Shown: positions 53,218-64,000 of the stretch, one piece after another
Layout of the letters: every line of letters begins with the position of its first letter
How positions within the stretch are numbered: the first letter of the stretch is position 1
Origin: Eledone cirrhosa
Taxonomy: Eukaryota
Reading direction: 5' to 3'
Assembly (NCBI GenBank): GCA_964016885.1
Contig: OZ024751.1
Span: forward strand, 35,526,001 to 35,590,000
Length of the DNA stretch: 64,000 nucleotides
Notes under the pieces: generated by a model
Told to the model about the DNA's origin: nothing
Database searches by the model: none
What the model saw: only the letters and a program-made list of their open reading frames with translations
Program-made: the position numbers and the translations under genes

Positions 53218-53226
53218 TTTACATAC

Positions 53227-53272
<46 letters not shown>

Positions 53273-53444
53273 AATGTTTACATACTATATATACATAAAT
53301 ATTTACATACTATATATATATATTAATATTTACATACTATATATATATATTAATATTTACATACTATATATATATATTAATATTTACATACTATATATAT
53401 ATATATAAATATTTACATACTGTATATATATATATTTTTTTTTT

Positions 53445-53640
53445 TAGGAAAAGAGTCAGAACCCAGACGGCAGAGCTCAAGCCGTTTCGACAGCTATTTC
53501 TAGTCCAGAAATAGCTGTCGAAACGGCTTGAGCTCTGCCGTCGGGGTTCTGACTCTTTTCCTATTACCCACTCTACTACCCCAAGTATCGAGTACTCTGG
53601 TGCGTTATGGTCCATTTGGTTCCTTACCACACCTCCTTCG

Positions 53641-53643
<3 letters not shown>
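53445..53643. mobile_element. Hairpin family H1 copy
   Basis: TAGGAAAAGAGTCAGAACCC...GACAGCTATTTCT-AGTCC-AGAAATAGCTGTC-GAAACGGC...GGTTCTGACTCTTTTCCTA...CCTTCGTTA. Confidence 0.8.
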
Positions 53644-53678
<35 letters not shown>

Positions 53679-53772
53679 CGGGGTAACAAATAATAGTTAT
53701 ATGCAGTCCACTTAGGTGTAGTGCAGTTATGGTACTCCGGGTAGTGGATGTCAACCGTGTCACTCTTCTTTC

Positions 53773-53835
<63 letters not shown>

Positions 53836-53907
53836 CCTGTCAACCTCTAAAAACCCAAAAGGGGAGTACCATGAAAAAAACGCCCCCAAATTGGGGGGGA
53901 TTTTACA

Positions 53908-53977
53908 TAATTGTTTCTACTTTTGGCACAAGGCCAGCAATTATTCCAGTGCATTACTGGTACTTTATTTTATCGAC
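53908..53977 (-). mobile_element. SINE 3' part cut by the assembly gap
   Basis: TTGTTTCTACTTTTGGCACAAGGCCAGC...TTTTATCGAC. Confidence 0.75.
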
Positions 53978-54177
53978 NNNNNNNNNNNNNNNNNNNNNNN
54001 NNNNNNNNNNNNNNNNNNNNNNNNNNNNNNNNNNNNNNNNNNNNNNNNNNNNNNNNNNNNNNNNNNNNNNNNNNNNNNNNNNNNNNNNNNNNNNNNNNNN
54101 NNNNNNNNNNNNNNNNNNNNNNNNNNNNNNNNNNNNNNNNNNNNNNNNNNNNNNNNNNNNNNNNNNNNNNNNNNNNN
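53978..54177. other. Assembly gap (200 N)
   Basis: Run of N. Confidence 1.
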
Positions 54178-55518
<1,341 letters not shown>

Positions 55519-55593
55519 CACACACATCAGACGTCATGTAAGAACAACTGAATGAAACAAGAAAGCATCCTCGATACCGCATTATTTCTGCAG

Positions 55594-56100
55594 TCTCTCC
55601 CCCCCCCCTCTCTCTCTCTCCCTCTTCCTCTTCTCTGGCTCTCTTCCTCTTCTCTGTCTCTCTCTCTCTTCCTCTTCTCTGTCTCTCCCTCTCTTCCTCT
55701 TCTCTGTCTCTCTTCCTCTTCTCTCTCTCTCTTCCTCTTCTCTGTCTCTCTCTCTCTTCCTCTTCTCTGTCTCTCTCTCTCTTCCTCTTCTCTGCCTCTC
55801 TCTCTCTTCCTCTTCTCTGCCTCTCTCTCTCTTCCTCTTCTCTGTCTCTCTCTCCCTTCCTCTTCTCTGTCTCTATCTCCCTTCCTCTTCTCTATATATC
55901 TTCCTCTTCTCTGTCTCTCTCTCTCTTCCTCTTCTCTGTCTCTCTCTCTCTTCCTCTTCTCTGTCTCTCTTCCTCTTCTCTGTCTCTCTCTCTCTCTTCC
56001 TCTTCTCTGTCTCTCTTCCTCTTCTCTGTCTCTCTCTCTCTCTCTCCTCTGTCCCTCTCTCTCTCTCCATCTCTCTCCCTCCCTCACCCCCCCTCTCCTA
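55594..56100. repeat. Polypyrimidine compound satellite (CTCTTCCTCTTCTCTGT...)
   Basis: Seen directly. Confidence 0.9.
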
Positions 56101-56182
56101 TATCAATATATACTCTATGTTTACATCAGTCCATTCATCTATCCACCCATAGTGATGCTGGGTTCCTTTCCTCCCACTCACT

Positions 56183-56612
56183 TCTGTTCAGGTTTCCCCA
56201 CCCCAGGGCTAATGTCTCTCATCTTTTCAAGTTTCCCCACCCCAGGGCTAATGTCTCTCATCTTTTCAGGTTTCCCCACCCCAGGGCTAATGTCTCTCAT
56301 CTGTTCAGGTTTCCCCACCCCAGGGCTAATGTCTCATCTTTTCAGGTTTCCCCACCCCAGGGCTAATGTCTCTCATCTGTTCAGGTTTCCCCACCCCAGG
56401 GCTAATGTCTCTCATCTGTTCAGGTTTCCCCACCCCAGGGCTAATGTCTCTCATCTGTTCAGGTTTCCCCACCCCAGGGCTAATGTCTCATCTTTTCAGG
56501 TTTCCCCACCCCAGGGCTAATGTCTCTCATCTGTTCAGGTTTCCCCACCCCAGGGCTAATGTCTCATCTTTTCAGGTTTCCCCATCCCAGGGCTAATGTC
56601 TCTCATCTTTTC
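56183..56612. repeat. 37-39-bp minisatellite, ~11 copies
   Basis: Unit CAGGTTTCCCCACCCCAGGGCTAATGTCTCTCATCT(G/T)TT. Confidence 0.95.
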
Positions 56613-56964
56613 AACTATTATTTTATAGGGATTGACTATAACTATTGTAGTAATATTGCCTTGGGACGCACACATATCAAATTCCACACACACACATTCA
56701 ATCCCCCCACCCCTCCCCCACACACATCCCCCATCACCACCACCACCACCACCACACACACATTCAATCCCCCCACCCCTCCCCACACACATCCCCCATC
56801 ACCACCACCACCACCATCCACACACACATTCAATCCCCCCGCATCACCACCACCACCACCACCACCACACACATTCACCCCCTCTCCCCACAAACACATA
56901 TTCACCCCCCCTACACACATTCACCCCCTCCTACACACACATTCAACTCATCCCCACCCCCACA

Positions 56965-57101
56965 CACGAGGGTTTGCTGAAAAGTTCCTGATTTGACCGC
57001 TGCTACAGAGGGCCTGGTTTAAGGCCCAACCTTCTGAGTTCTTTTTACAGGGCTTAGAAAAACTGAAGGACCGCTGCAATAGATGTGTGAATCTAAGAGG
57101 T
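56965..57101 (+). mobile_element. Mariner-derived short remnant or MITE
   Basis: Terminus CGAGGGTTTGCTGAAAAGTTCC; encodes FLQGLEKLKDRCNRCVNLRG (mariner C-terminal pattern); followed by SINE fragment 57105-57230. Confidence 0.65.
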
Positions 57102-57246
57102 CCTCTTTGCTTTTTATCGTTCCAGGGTCGATAAAAACAAAGTACCAGTCATGTACTGGGGTTCATTTAATCAACTTTCCCCTCCCTGAAAAATTGTTGG
57201 CTGTATGCCTACATCAAAAATCATTTTTATTCTTATTGTTGTTTTT

Positions 57247-57568
57247 AGTAGCAGCAGTAGCAGTAGCAGTAGCAGCAGCAGTAGTAGCAGCAGTAGTAGT
57301 AGTAGTAGCAGCAGTAGTAGTAGTAGTAGCAGCAGTAGTAGCAGCAGTAGTAGTAGTAGCAGCAGTAGTAGTAGTAGCAGCAGTAGTAGTAGTAGCAGCA
57401 GTAGTAGTAGTAGTAATAGTAACAGTAGTAGTGGTAGCAGCAGCAGTAGTAGCAGTAGTAGTAGCAGCAGTAGTAGCAGTAGCAGCAGTAGTAGTAGCAG
57501 TAGCAGCAGCAGTAGTAGTAGTAGCAGTAGTAGCAGCAGCAGTAGTAGCAGTAGCAGTAGCAGCAGCA
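57247..57568. repeat. (AGT/AGC)n microsatellite
   Basis: Seen directly. Confidence 0.95.
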
Positions 57569-57867
57569 GGTGTTGTGTGATAAGAAGAGAAGCTGTAGTA
57601 AAGAGGTATTTGGTAGCTTAACATAAACTGAAGGTCAATATCAGCTAAAGTCAATACTACTAGAGTTAGTACATTTTATGGGGTGGCATAGCCATCATCA
57701 CCACCATCACCATCTCACCACCATCACCATCATCACCATCACCATCATCATCACCACCACCACCACCACCATCACACCACCACCACCATCACCACCACCA
57801 CCATCATCACCACCACCATCATCACCACCATCATCATCACCACCATCATCATCATCATCATCATCAT

Positions 57868-58008
57868 TAATTGTTTCTACTTTAGGCACAAGGCCAGATA
57901 TTACCCAGTGCATTACTGGTACTTTATTTTATCGACCCCGTAAGGATGAAAGGCAAAGTCAACCTCGGCGGGATTTGAACTCAGATCGTAAAGGGACGTA
58001 ACTCTATA
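57868..58008 (-). mobile_element. SINE (Meta/MESC-like)
   Basis: TTGTTTCTACTTTAGGCACAAGGCC...GGATGAAAGGCAAAGTCAACCTCGGCGGGATTTGAACTCAG. Confidence 0.85.
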
Positions 58009-58540
58009 TCATCATTAATACCAGTTGAAGTCAACAGTAGTATATCATATCATCAGTATCCATATCAACATTAACCCTTTTGATACCAAACCACCTGAAA
58101 CCAACTGGAACCAGTTGGAACCACCCAGAATTTATTATACAAATCTACTCATTTTAAAATGTTTTTTTACTGATATTAAATCCTTCCATTATAATTTTAT
58201 TTAAGTAATGTTTTAATTATTGGTTGGCCATTGTCTGCGGAATTACCTTTACCATTTTGTCTGTGGGGCACAGTCGAAAGACTGCTGTGATCTTGGTGTA
58301 GAATCTGTCACTCTCTTTCCTTCCCCCTTTCTTCTTCCTTTGTCTAATAGTCCCTCACTCTTCCTCTCATTTATGGCATTTATAGTCCTTTCTTATGCTG
58401 CTTTCTTTTTTTGTATATTATCGGCTTACTAATGAAGGAGTTATTTTATTTAATTCTTCCAAATACTTAATTATTTTCAAAATTAATTGAAACATATAGG
58501 CATTCCTGTTAGGAGTAACCGTTTCCAATTGATTAGTTTT

Positions 58541-58700
58541 GCATCCCCAAGCGAGACCCATCGAGGCTCATGGGTTTCCAACCAGTTGGTTTTTGCCCGT
58601 AAAATTGTCTAGCAATTCTTTCCTAAGACATCCTAACCACATGTCCATAGTTTCATAGTTGTTATCTCTCAATTCAGAGAATTAGCAGCTCTACCTGGAG
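58541..58700 (-). mobile_element. RTE-clade LINE fragment (degraded)
   Basis: Minus strand ...YGHVVRMS*ERIARQFYGQKPTG; shares CCAGTTGGTTTT(T)GCCC.TAAAAT with 61683-61910. Confidence 0.6.
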
Positions 58701-58774
58701 TTTATTACATTAGAAATATTGTGAAGAAGGAATCATATCAATTGAAGTCAACACCAATACATCTATCATCACCA

Positions 58775-58856
58775 CTAAGGTGAAGTGTCTTGCTGAAGCA
58801 CATGATGCACTGCACTGCTCAGTCTGAGAATCGAAAACCATGACCATATGATTGTA
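58775..58856 (-). mobile_element. CORE-like SINE fragment
   Basis: GTGAAGTGTCTTGCTGAAGCAC...GAGAATCGAA, reverse complement of the 6668 family. Confidence 0.5.
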
Positions 58857-59765
58857 AAACCTTCAGCCTTTATTTTTTAAATAAAAAGCCACACCCAAGT
58901 TATCAAATTTTCCATTAGAGGCCACCGAATGAAACATTGGAAACTTGTGTATCAAAGAGGCTATACACATCAATAATTTGAGCCACCTCCTTAACAGTAG
59001 GTGTAAATTACATGAAACTGATTGGCTATTGTGACTATAACAGATTCACATATCACCAACCCTCTCACCCAATATCAATGCAAAATAGCACCACTCATCA
59101 TCACCAACCCACGTCCTTTTCTCTCTTTCGAGTTAGGATATATATACACATATATGGAGAGAGAGCAAGAAACGATCATCTGATCTGGCTTGTCATACAA
59201 TGGGACAACTTGTCTAACCCCATGCTAGCAAGGAAAAATGGATGTTAAACAGTAATGATGATGATGATATATATGTGTGAATGTATATAATATATATGAT
59301 TACATCATAATGTAGATGCTGTAATTATTCATCATATCAATAGTTTAACCCCTGCCAACTCGGTGTTTGCTGCAAATCAAATATGAAGCAGTTCAATAAT
59401 CAATAATGATCAAATAATATAATATATGAACCAATATAATAACTGAGGTGCTACACTTTACTATATTATATGAGTATCTTATCAAATATCTTATATTGGG
59501 GTGCTGAGGTGGCTACTTTTTGTCATGGCACTGACATGACTACCTTACAGAGTGGACTGGGTGCTTTTTGTTGTCACCAGCACTACCACCCCAATGGGTT
59601 GACTGGTTGCTTTTTTTATGTTCCGCCATTATGACTACCTTACAGGGTGGACTGGGTACTTTTTTATCATGTCACCTGCACTACCTATATATATATATAC
59701 ATATATATAAAATAATTAAGTCAAATATGTAAAATTTGGCTTCATTTATTATAAATTATAGATAT

Positions 59766-59820
59766 ACTGCTATATATATTTCGGTGACAGCCATCATTGA
59801 CTGTGACCTCTTCAGGCAGT
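59766..59820 (-). ncRNA. Minimal type-I hammerhead ribozyme (best-preserved copy)
   Basis: Minus strand: ACTGC-CTGAAGA-GGTCACAGTCA-ATGA-TGGCTGTCACC-GAAA-TATATA-TA-GCAGT: 5-bp stem I, 11-nt stem II (one C-C mismatch), palindromic stem III, AUA cleavage triplet. Confidence 0.75.
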
Positions 59821-59953
59821 CCGAATTGGTGTGGAAAAGACAGGTACACATGTTGTTGAAGTGTGTTTTGCTCCGTCAATACATCGATATGTCCAGCTCC
59901 TGGTTGTGTTGTTATTTCTCTTAGGAACTGGAATCAAAATCTATATATATATA

Positions 59954-60027
<74 letters not shown>

Positions 60028-60639
60028 CAGAAAGGTTCTCTAGTCTCTTCTGCAAACATTGCCTTTATGTGTGAAATTGCATACCAGAAGGTGGCTGAAG
60101 AAGTCTAGAAATGTAATTTGTCTTATGTAACTGTTTTTCTGTGTGCGTGTCTCTCTGTCTGCTTGTCAACCTCTGTGTGTGTATGCGTGTGTGTTTGTGT
60201 GTGACAAAGAAACCAACATGTACACAGACAACTCAACAGAAACACCCACTTGACACATATATATATATTTTTTTATTGATATATGATATATGTATGACAC
60301 ACACAGACAGACATACACTCAGACATACAGATGTACACAGACATACACACAGACAGACATTTACACACAGACAGACAGATATACACACAGACAGATATAC
60401 ACAGACAGACACACACACATGTATGACATATGTAGGTTAGTTGTTAATGAGGTTGGTAAGTAGGATGTATGTAAGGTATGTGGTTTAGATAACCTGCTTT
60501 TAATCTGAATGAAATATCATCTTAAGAATGTATCAACATTTTTATGATGATATATATATTCCTATATATATCATCATCATCATCGTTTAACGTCCATATT
60601 CCACGCTTGCATGGGTTTGGAATATGGACGGGTTTGGAA

Positions 60640-60704
<65 letters not shown>

Positions 60705-60835
60705 GTGAGGTTTTTTTTACAAAATGAAAAATAACCGAGGTGTCCTACACGAGTGAAAGTATAAAGAAAAAAAGATGAAATCGAAAATGCAACTGGAGTC
60801 TTATTTAAAAATAAATATATATATTTATTTGGTTC

Positions 60836-60871
60836 CTTTACCGGTTTCGCAGTTCTTCTGCTTTTCAAAAG
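60836..60871 (-). ncRNA. Degenerate minimal hammerhead motif
   Basis: Minus strand CTT-TTGAAAA-GCAG-AAGAA-CTGC-GAAA-CCGG-TA-AAG; two core substitutions; palindrome ACCGGT. Confidence 0.4.
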
Positions 60872-60958
60872 TAGAGTTGAGATGGAGGGTCTGTGGTTTT
60901 TCTCAATATATATTATATATATATATTCCTATATATCATAATACATATTTTTAAACTT

Positions 60959-60998
<40 letters not shown>

Positions 60999-61083
60999 AA
61001 AGTTATATTTAAATTGTTGGGTTACAACGAGTAAATATTTATAACTGATTTAAAAGCACTCAACAAGTATTTGGAGTATATTT

Positions 61084-61389
61084 ACGATATTAAATAAATG
61101 GAAATTATATTTATAAAACCATATTTATTTCATTATATATATTTCAGGGATATCATATTAAAAATATGTTATGCCTTCTTCAGACAAAATACAATATAAA
61201 CAGTCTTATAAATAACTTTTCAAATGCAAGTCGATGTTGAAAGGGTATGTCGAATCTATCTATTTATAAGACTGTTTATATTGTATTTTGTCTGAAGAAG
61301 GTATAACATATTTTTAATATGATATCCCTGAAATATATATAATGAAATAAATATGGTTTTATAAATATAATTTCCATTTATTTAATATC

Positions 61390-61391
<2 letters not shown>
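61084..61391. mobile_element. Hairpin family H2: 131-bp inverted repeat, each arm holding a complete hammerhead motif
   Basis: Near-identical arms 61084-61214 / 61261-61391; right arm TATTTTGT-CTGAAGA-AGG...CCT-GAAA-TATATA-TA-ATGAAATA (61284-61349); abuts (TA)n. Confidence 0.8.
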
Positions 61392-61428
<37 letters not shown>

Positions 61429-61682
61429 TGTCATTTATTTTGTCTGACCTGTTTAGCTTGACTTGTTTTTTGGCTTAGGTGGTCTATGGCTTCTTGACCG
61501 CCTTCTCAGTTTTGTACGGCCTTTATAACCTATGTTTAGTGCTCTGGTCTTTTTTAGCCCATGGAGCGCTTGCCAGCATGACTCAGAATTTGTGTTACGT
61601 TTCGCTTTTTCTACCCGCTGAAATGCGATTCTTGCTGAATTTATATTTGTATATAATCCTATACATAGAAATACATATATAT

Positions 61683-61910
61683 CTTCTTCTTCGTCCATCT
61701 TTTCCTGAGAGGGTCGTGGGGCCAGAGTCCTGAAACACTCCTTCTAACTGGTCCTGTCAGAAGCAACTATCTGCAACCTCATGTCTGGCTGGATCCCCAA
61801 ACAAGACCAGCCAAGCTCATGGATGTTATCCAACCCTCTAGCTCAGCCTCTACCCCTGGGTCTCCTGCCAGTTGGTTTTGCCCATAAAATCTGTCCAGTG
61901 ATTCTTTCCC
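61683..61910 (-). mobile_element. RTE-clade LINE 3' end
   Basis: Minus strand ILWAKPTGRRPRGR...LGWSCLGIQP...SDR...LAPRPSQEK with a (GAA)n tail. Confidence 0.7.
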
Positions 61911-62311
61911 GAGATATATATATATTCCTATACATAATAATATATATTTTTATCAAAGTCTTGTAGTTTGCTTGAAGTATTGTGGAATAAGAAATATAAA
62001 TTTAACTAAGAAATAAGTTTAAATATTTGGAAGCCTGACAATGTATGTGAGATTATAAGTGCCAAGGTAATAAGAATTAGAGAAAATAGAATAAAAGAAC
62101 TGAGAAAAGAGTGAGAATGGTAAAGTTTTACCTTAGCAATTTTATTAATCCCAAATACTTTCGGATTTACCATCCATTATCATTCCTTTATATATATATA
62201 ATATACTTGATAAAACACATTTGTGTGTTGAGGGCACTGTTGTACTGTCTAACTTCATCTTCTCCTTTGAGCCTGATGCCACAAAGTGTATATACAGTCA
62301 GGATTTTACAT

Positions 62312-62539
<228 letters not shown>

Positions 62540-62869
62540 GCTATTTTCTTTTATTTAATATAAATATATAAATATGTTTAAAATTTCTCAAAATGTCTTT
62601 TGATTCTATAAATTCCATTGTATTAGACAATCCATACAACTGGTGCCTTGTTTAGTTCAAAAATTCAGTTTGAATCTTATTTCTAAAGAATTTCTCATAT
62701 ATTGAAACAAAATGCTTCTTGGGAAATTATAAAACGTGGAAAAAATTTGAGAACTTTTGTATTCTTTTAGTAACTTCTGTCCTAATCTAGTGAATCATAA
62801 ATACATGGGGATATATTGTGCAATGAGATTTTAAATATGAATATATACAACAGGATTGTGTGGGAGACA

Positions 62870-63170
62870 TTTTGAATATCTTCTTGTTAGATATAGAAGG
62901 TGGAGTGGAAAGAAACTCCATATTGAAAATTACTTGTAATGTTTGGCCTACTGTGATCACTTGGGACAACGCCAATGACCTGATATTCTTGCAAGATGCG
63001 GCCCCTCCCCCTCATATTACATGGACTGTCTGTGAGTGGCTTGACGTCCATATTTCCAGGATGCTGGCTGGGTCATCACGATCCACATGATTGACCAGCA
63101 AGAAGCCCTGACTTAATGCCAAGTGAATTATTTTTTTCCTGTTTGAGTGGGTGAATGAAGAAGTCATTTC
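62870..63170 (+). mobile_element. Tc1/mariner-superfamily transposase catalytic-domain remnant
   Basis: LIFLQDAAPP.H...VCEWLD...FPGCWLG...*PARSPDLMP (FQQDGAPPH and WPARSPDL motifs), with frameshifts and a stop. Confidence 0.7.
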
Positions 63171-63328
63171 CATAAATAATAAAGATGCCTACACTCTATC
63201 AACGTATTAAGTACATTTATTAACTGTGACTACTAACACCCCTCCCTCCCCCCACCCGACCACCACCATTCAGGAACCTATATCTATCTATCTCTCTCTA
63301 TATATATATACATGTACATATATATATT

Positions 63329-63515
63329 TAATTAGAAATTAAACAACACAATATATAACTACTCCATTACCAAAGGTTTCAGGACTCCAGACAATATTAA
63401 CATACGTCTAGTTCGTTCCTCTGATGAGTGAACTAGGCGTATGTTAATATTGTCTGGGGTCCTGAAACCTTTGGTAATGGAGTAGTTATATATTGTCTTG
63501 TTTAATTTCTAATTA
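63329..63515. mobile_element. Hairpin family H5: ~86-bp inverted repeat with a hammerhead motif starting in the loop
   Basis: Arms 63329-63414 / 63430-63515; loop GTTCCTCTGATGAGT; plus strand CTGATGA (63421)...GAAA (63464)-CCTTTGG-TA-ATGGAG; adjacent to (TA)n. Confidence 0.75.
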
Positions 63516-63575
63516 GATAGCTCTGTTCTATACATAGAGCACTCTTTTTTCCTTTGCTTTTTCTTCGGAAATACT

Positions 63576-63636
<61 letters not shown>

Positions 63637-63770
63637 TCTATATATATAGTCATGTCAGTGTGTGTGTCTAGCTGTTATCCTGTCCCACTCAGTCTAGACT
63701 TCACTCACCATTAGATGTAAAGGCCAACCAAATGTTAAAACATTAAAATTATCTCTTGCTTTTCTGGAGC

Positions 63771-63815
<45 letters not shown>

Positions 63816-64000
63816 CTCAAAAGAAAGACATTCAAATCTGTTCCATTTTGGAACATAATAAAATCAGATTATTTGATTCTGTATTGACATTACCATCATC
63901 ATCATCGTTGTTGTCATTGTCAGCGTAGTCATTATTGATGTTGTCATCACCGCTGTCTCTATCTTGGCATTGTTATCGTCATCATAATCATTGTCACCAT

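Noticed and set aside
58071-58493. piggyBac-like end (TTAA-CCCTTT); also hAT-like single ends at ~20690-20884, ~26545-26884 and ~53832
   Set aside because: No matching second TIR or TSD could be verified by eye.

Overview
Repeat-saturated, AT-rich eukaryotic non-coding DNA, probably intronic or intergenic sequence from an octopod cephalopod. That assignment is inferred from recalled resemblance of the SINEs and the extreme (TA)n/(CA)n load, not from a database search. No intact protein-coding gene is supported, and almost all ORFs in the track are simple-repeat artefacts. The window contains about 20 tRNA-derived SINE copies or fragments, decayed LINE 3' ends (Tx1/L1-like, RTE, CRE-like), Tc1/mariner and pogo remnants and MITEs, one non-autonomous hAT-like element with TSD, many minisatellites and a 200-N gap. 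The most interesting signal is a population of short elements, mostly lying in or next to (TA)n tracts, that carry minimal type-I hammerhead-ribozyme motifs (CUGANGA...GAAA-short stem III-UH). About 9 loci are complete or degenerate motifs. Several unrelated families form long fold-back hairpins whose axis lies in or near the hammerhead core, often removing the CUGANGA half. This pattern fits remnants of Penelope-like retroelements. In most copies the two arms share copy-specific variants, which suggests a recurrent fold-back or arm-homogenising step. A second oddity is a pair of convergent tRNA-like Pol III promoter units inside the hAT-like element. All calls were made by eye; coordinates of degenerate elements are approximate.
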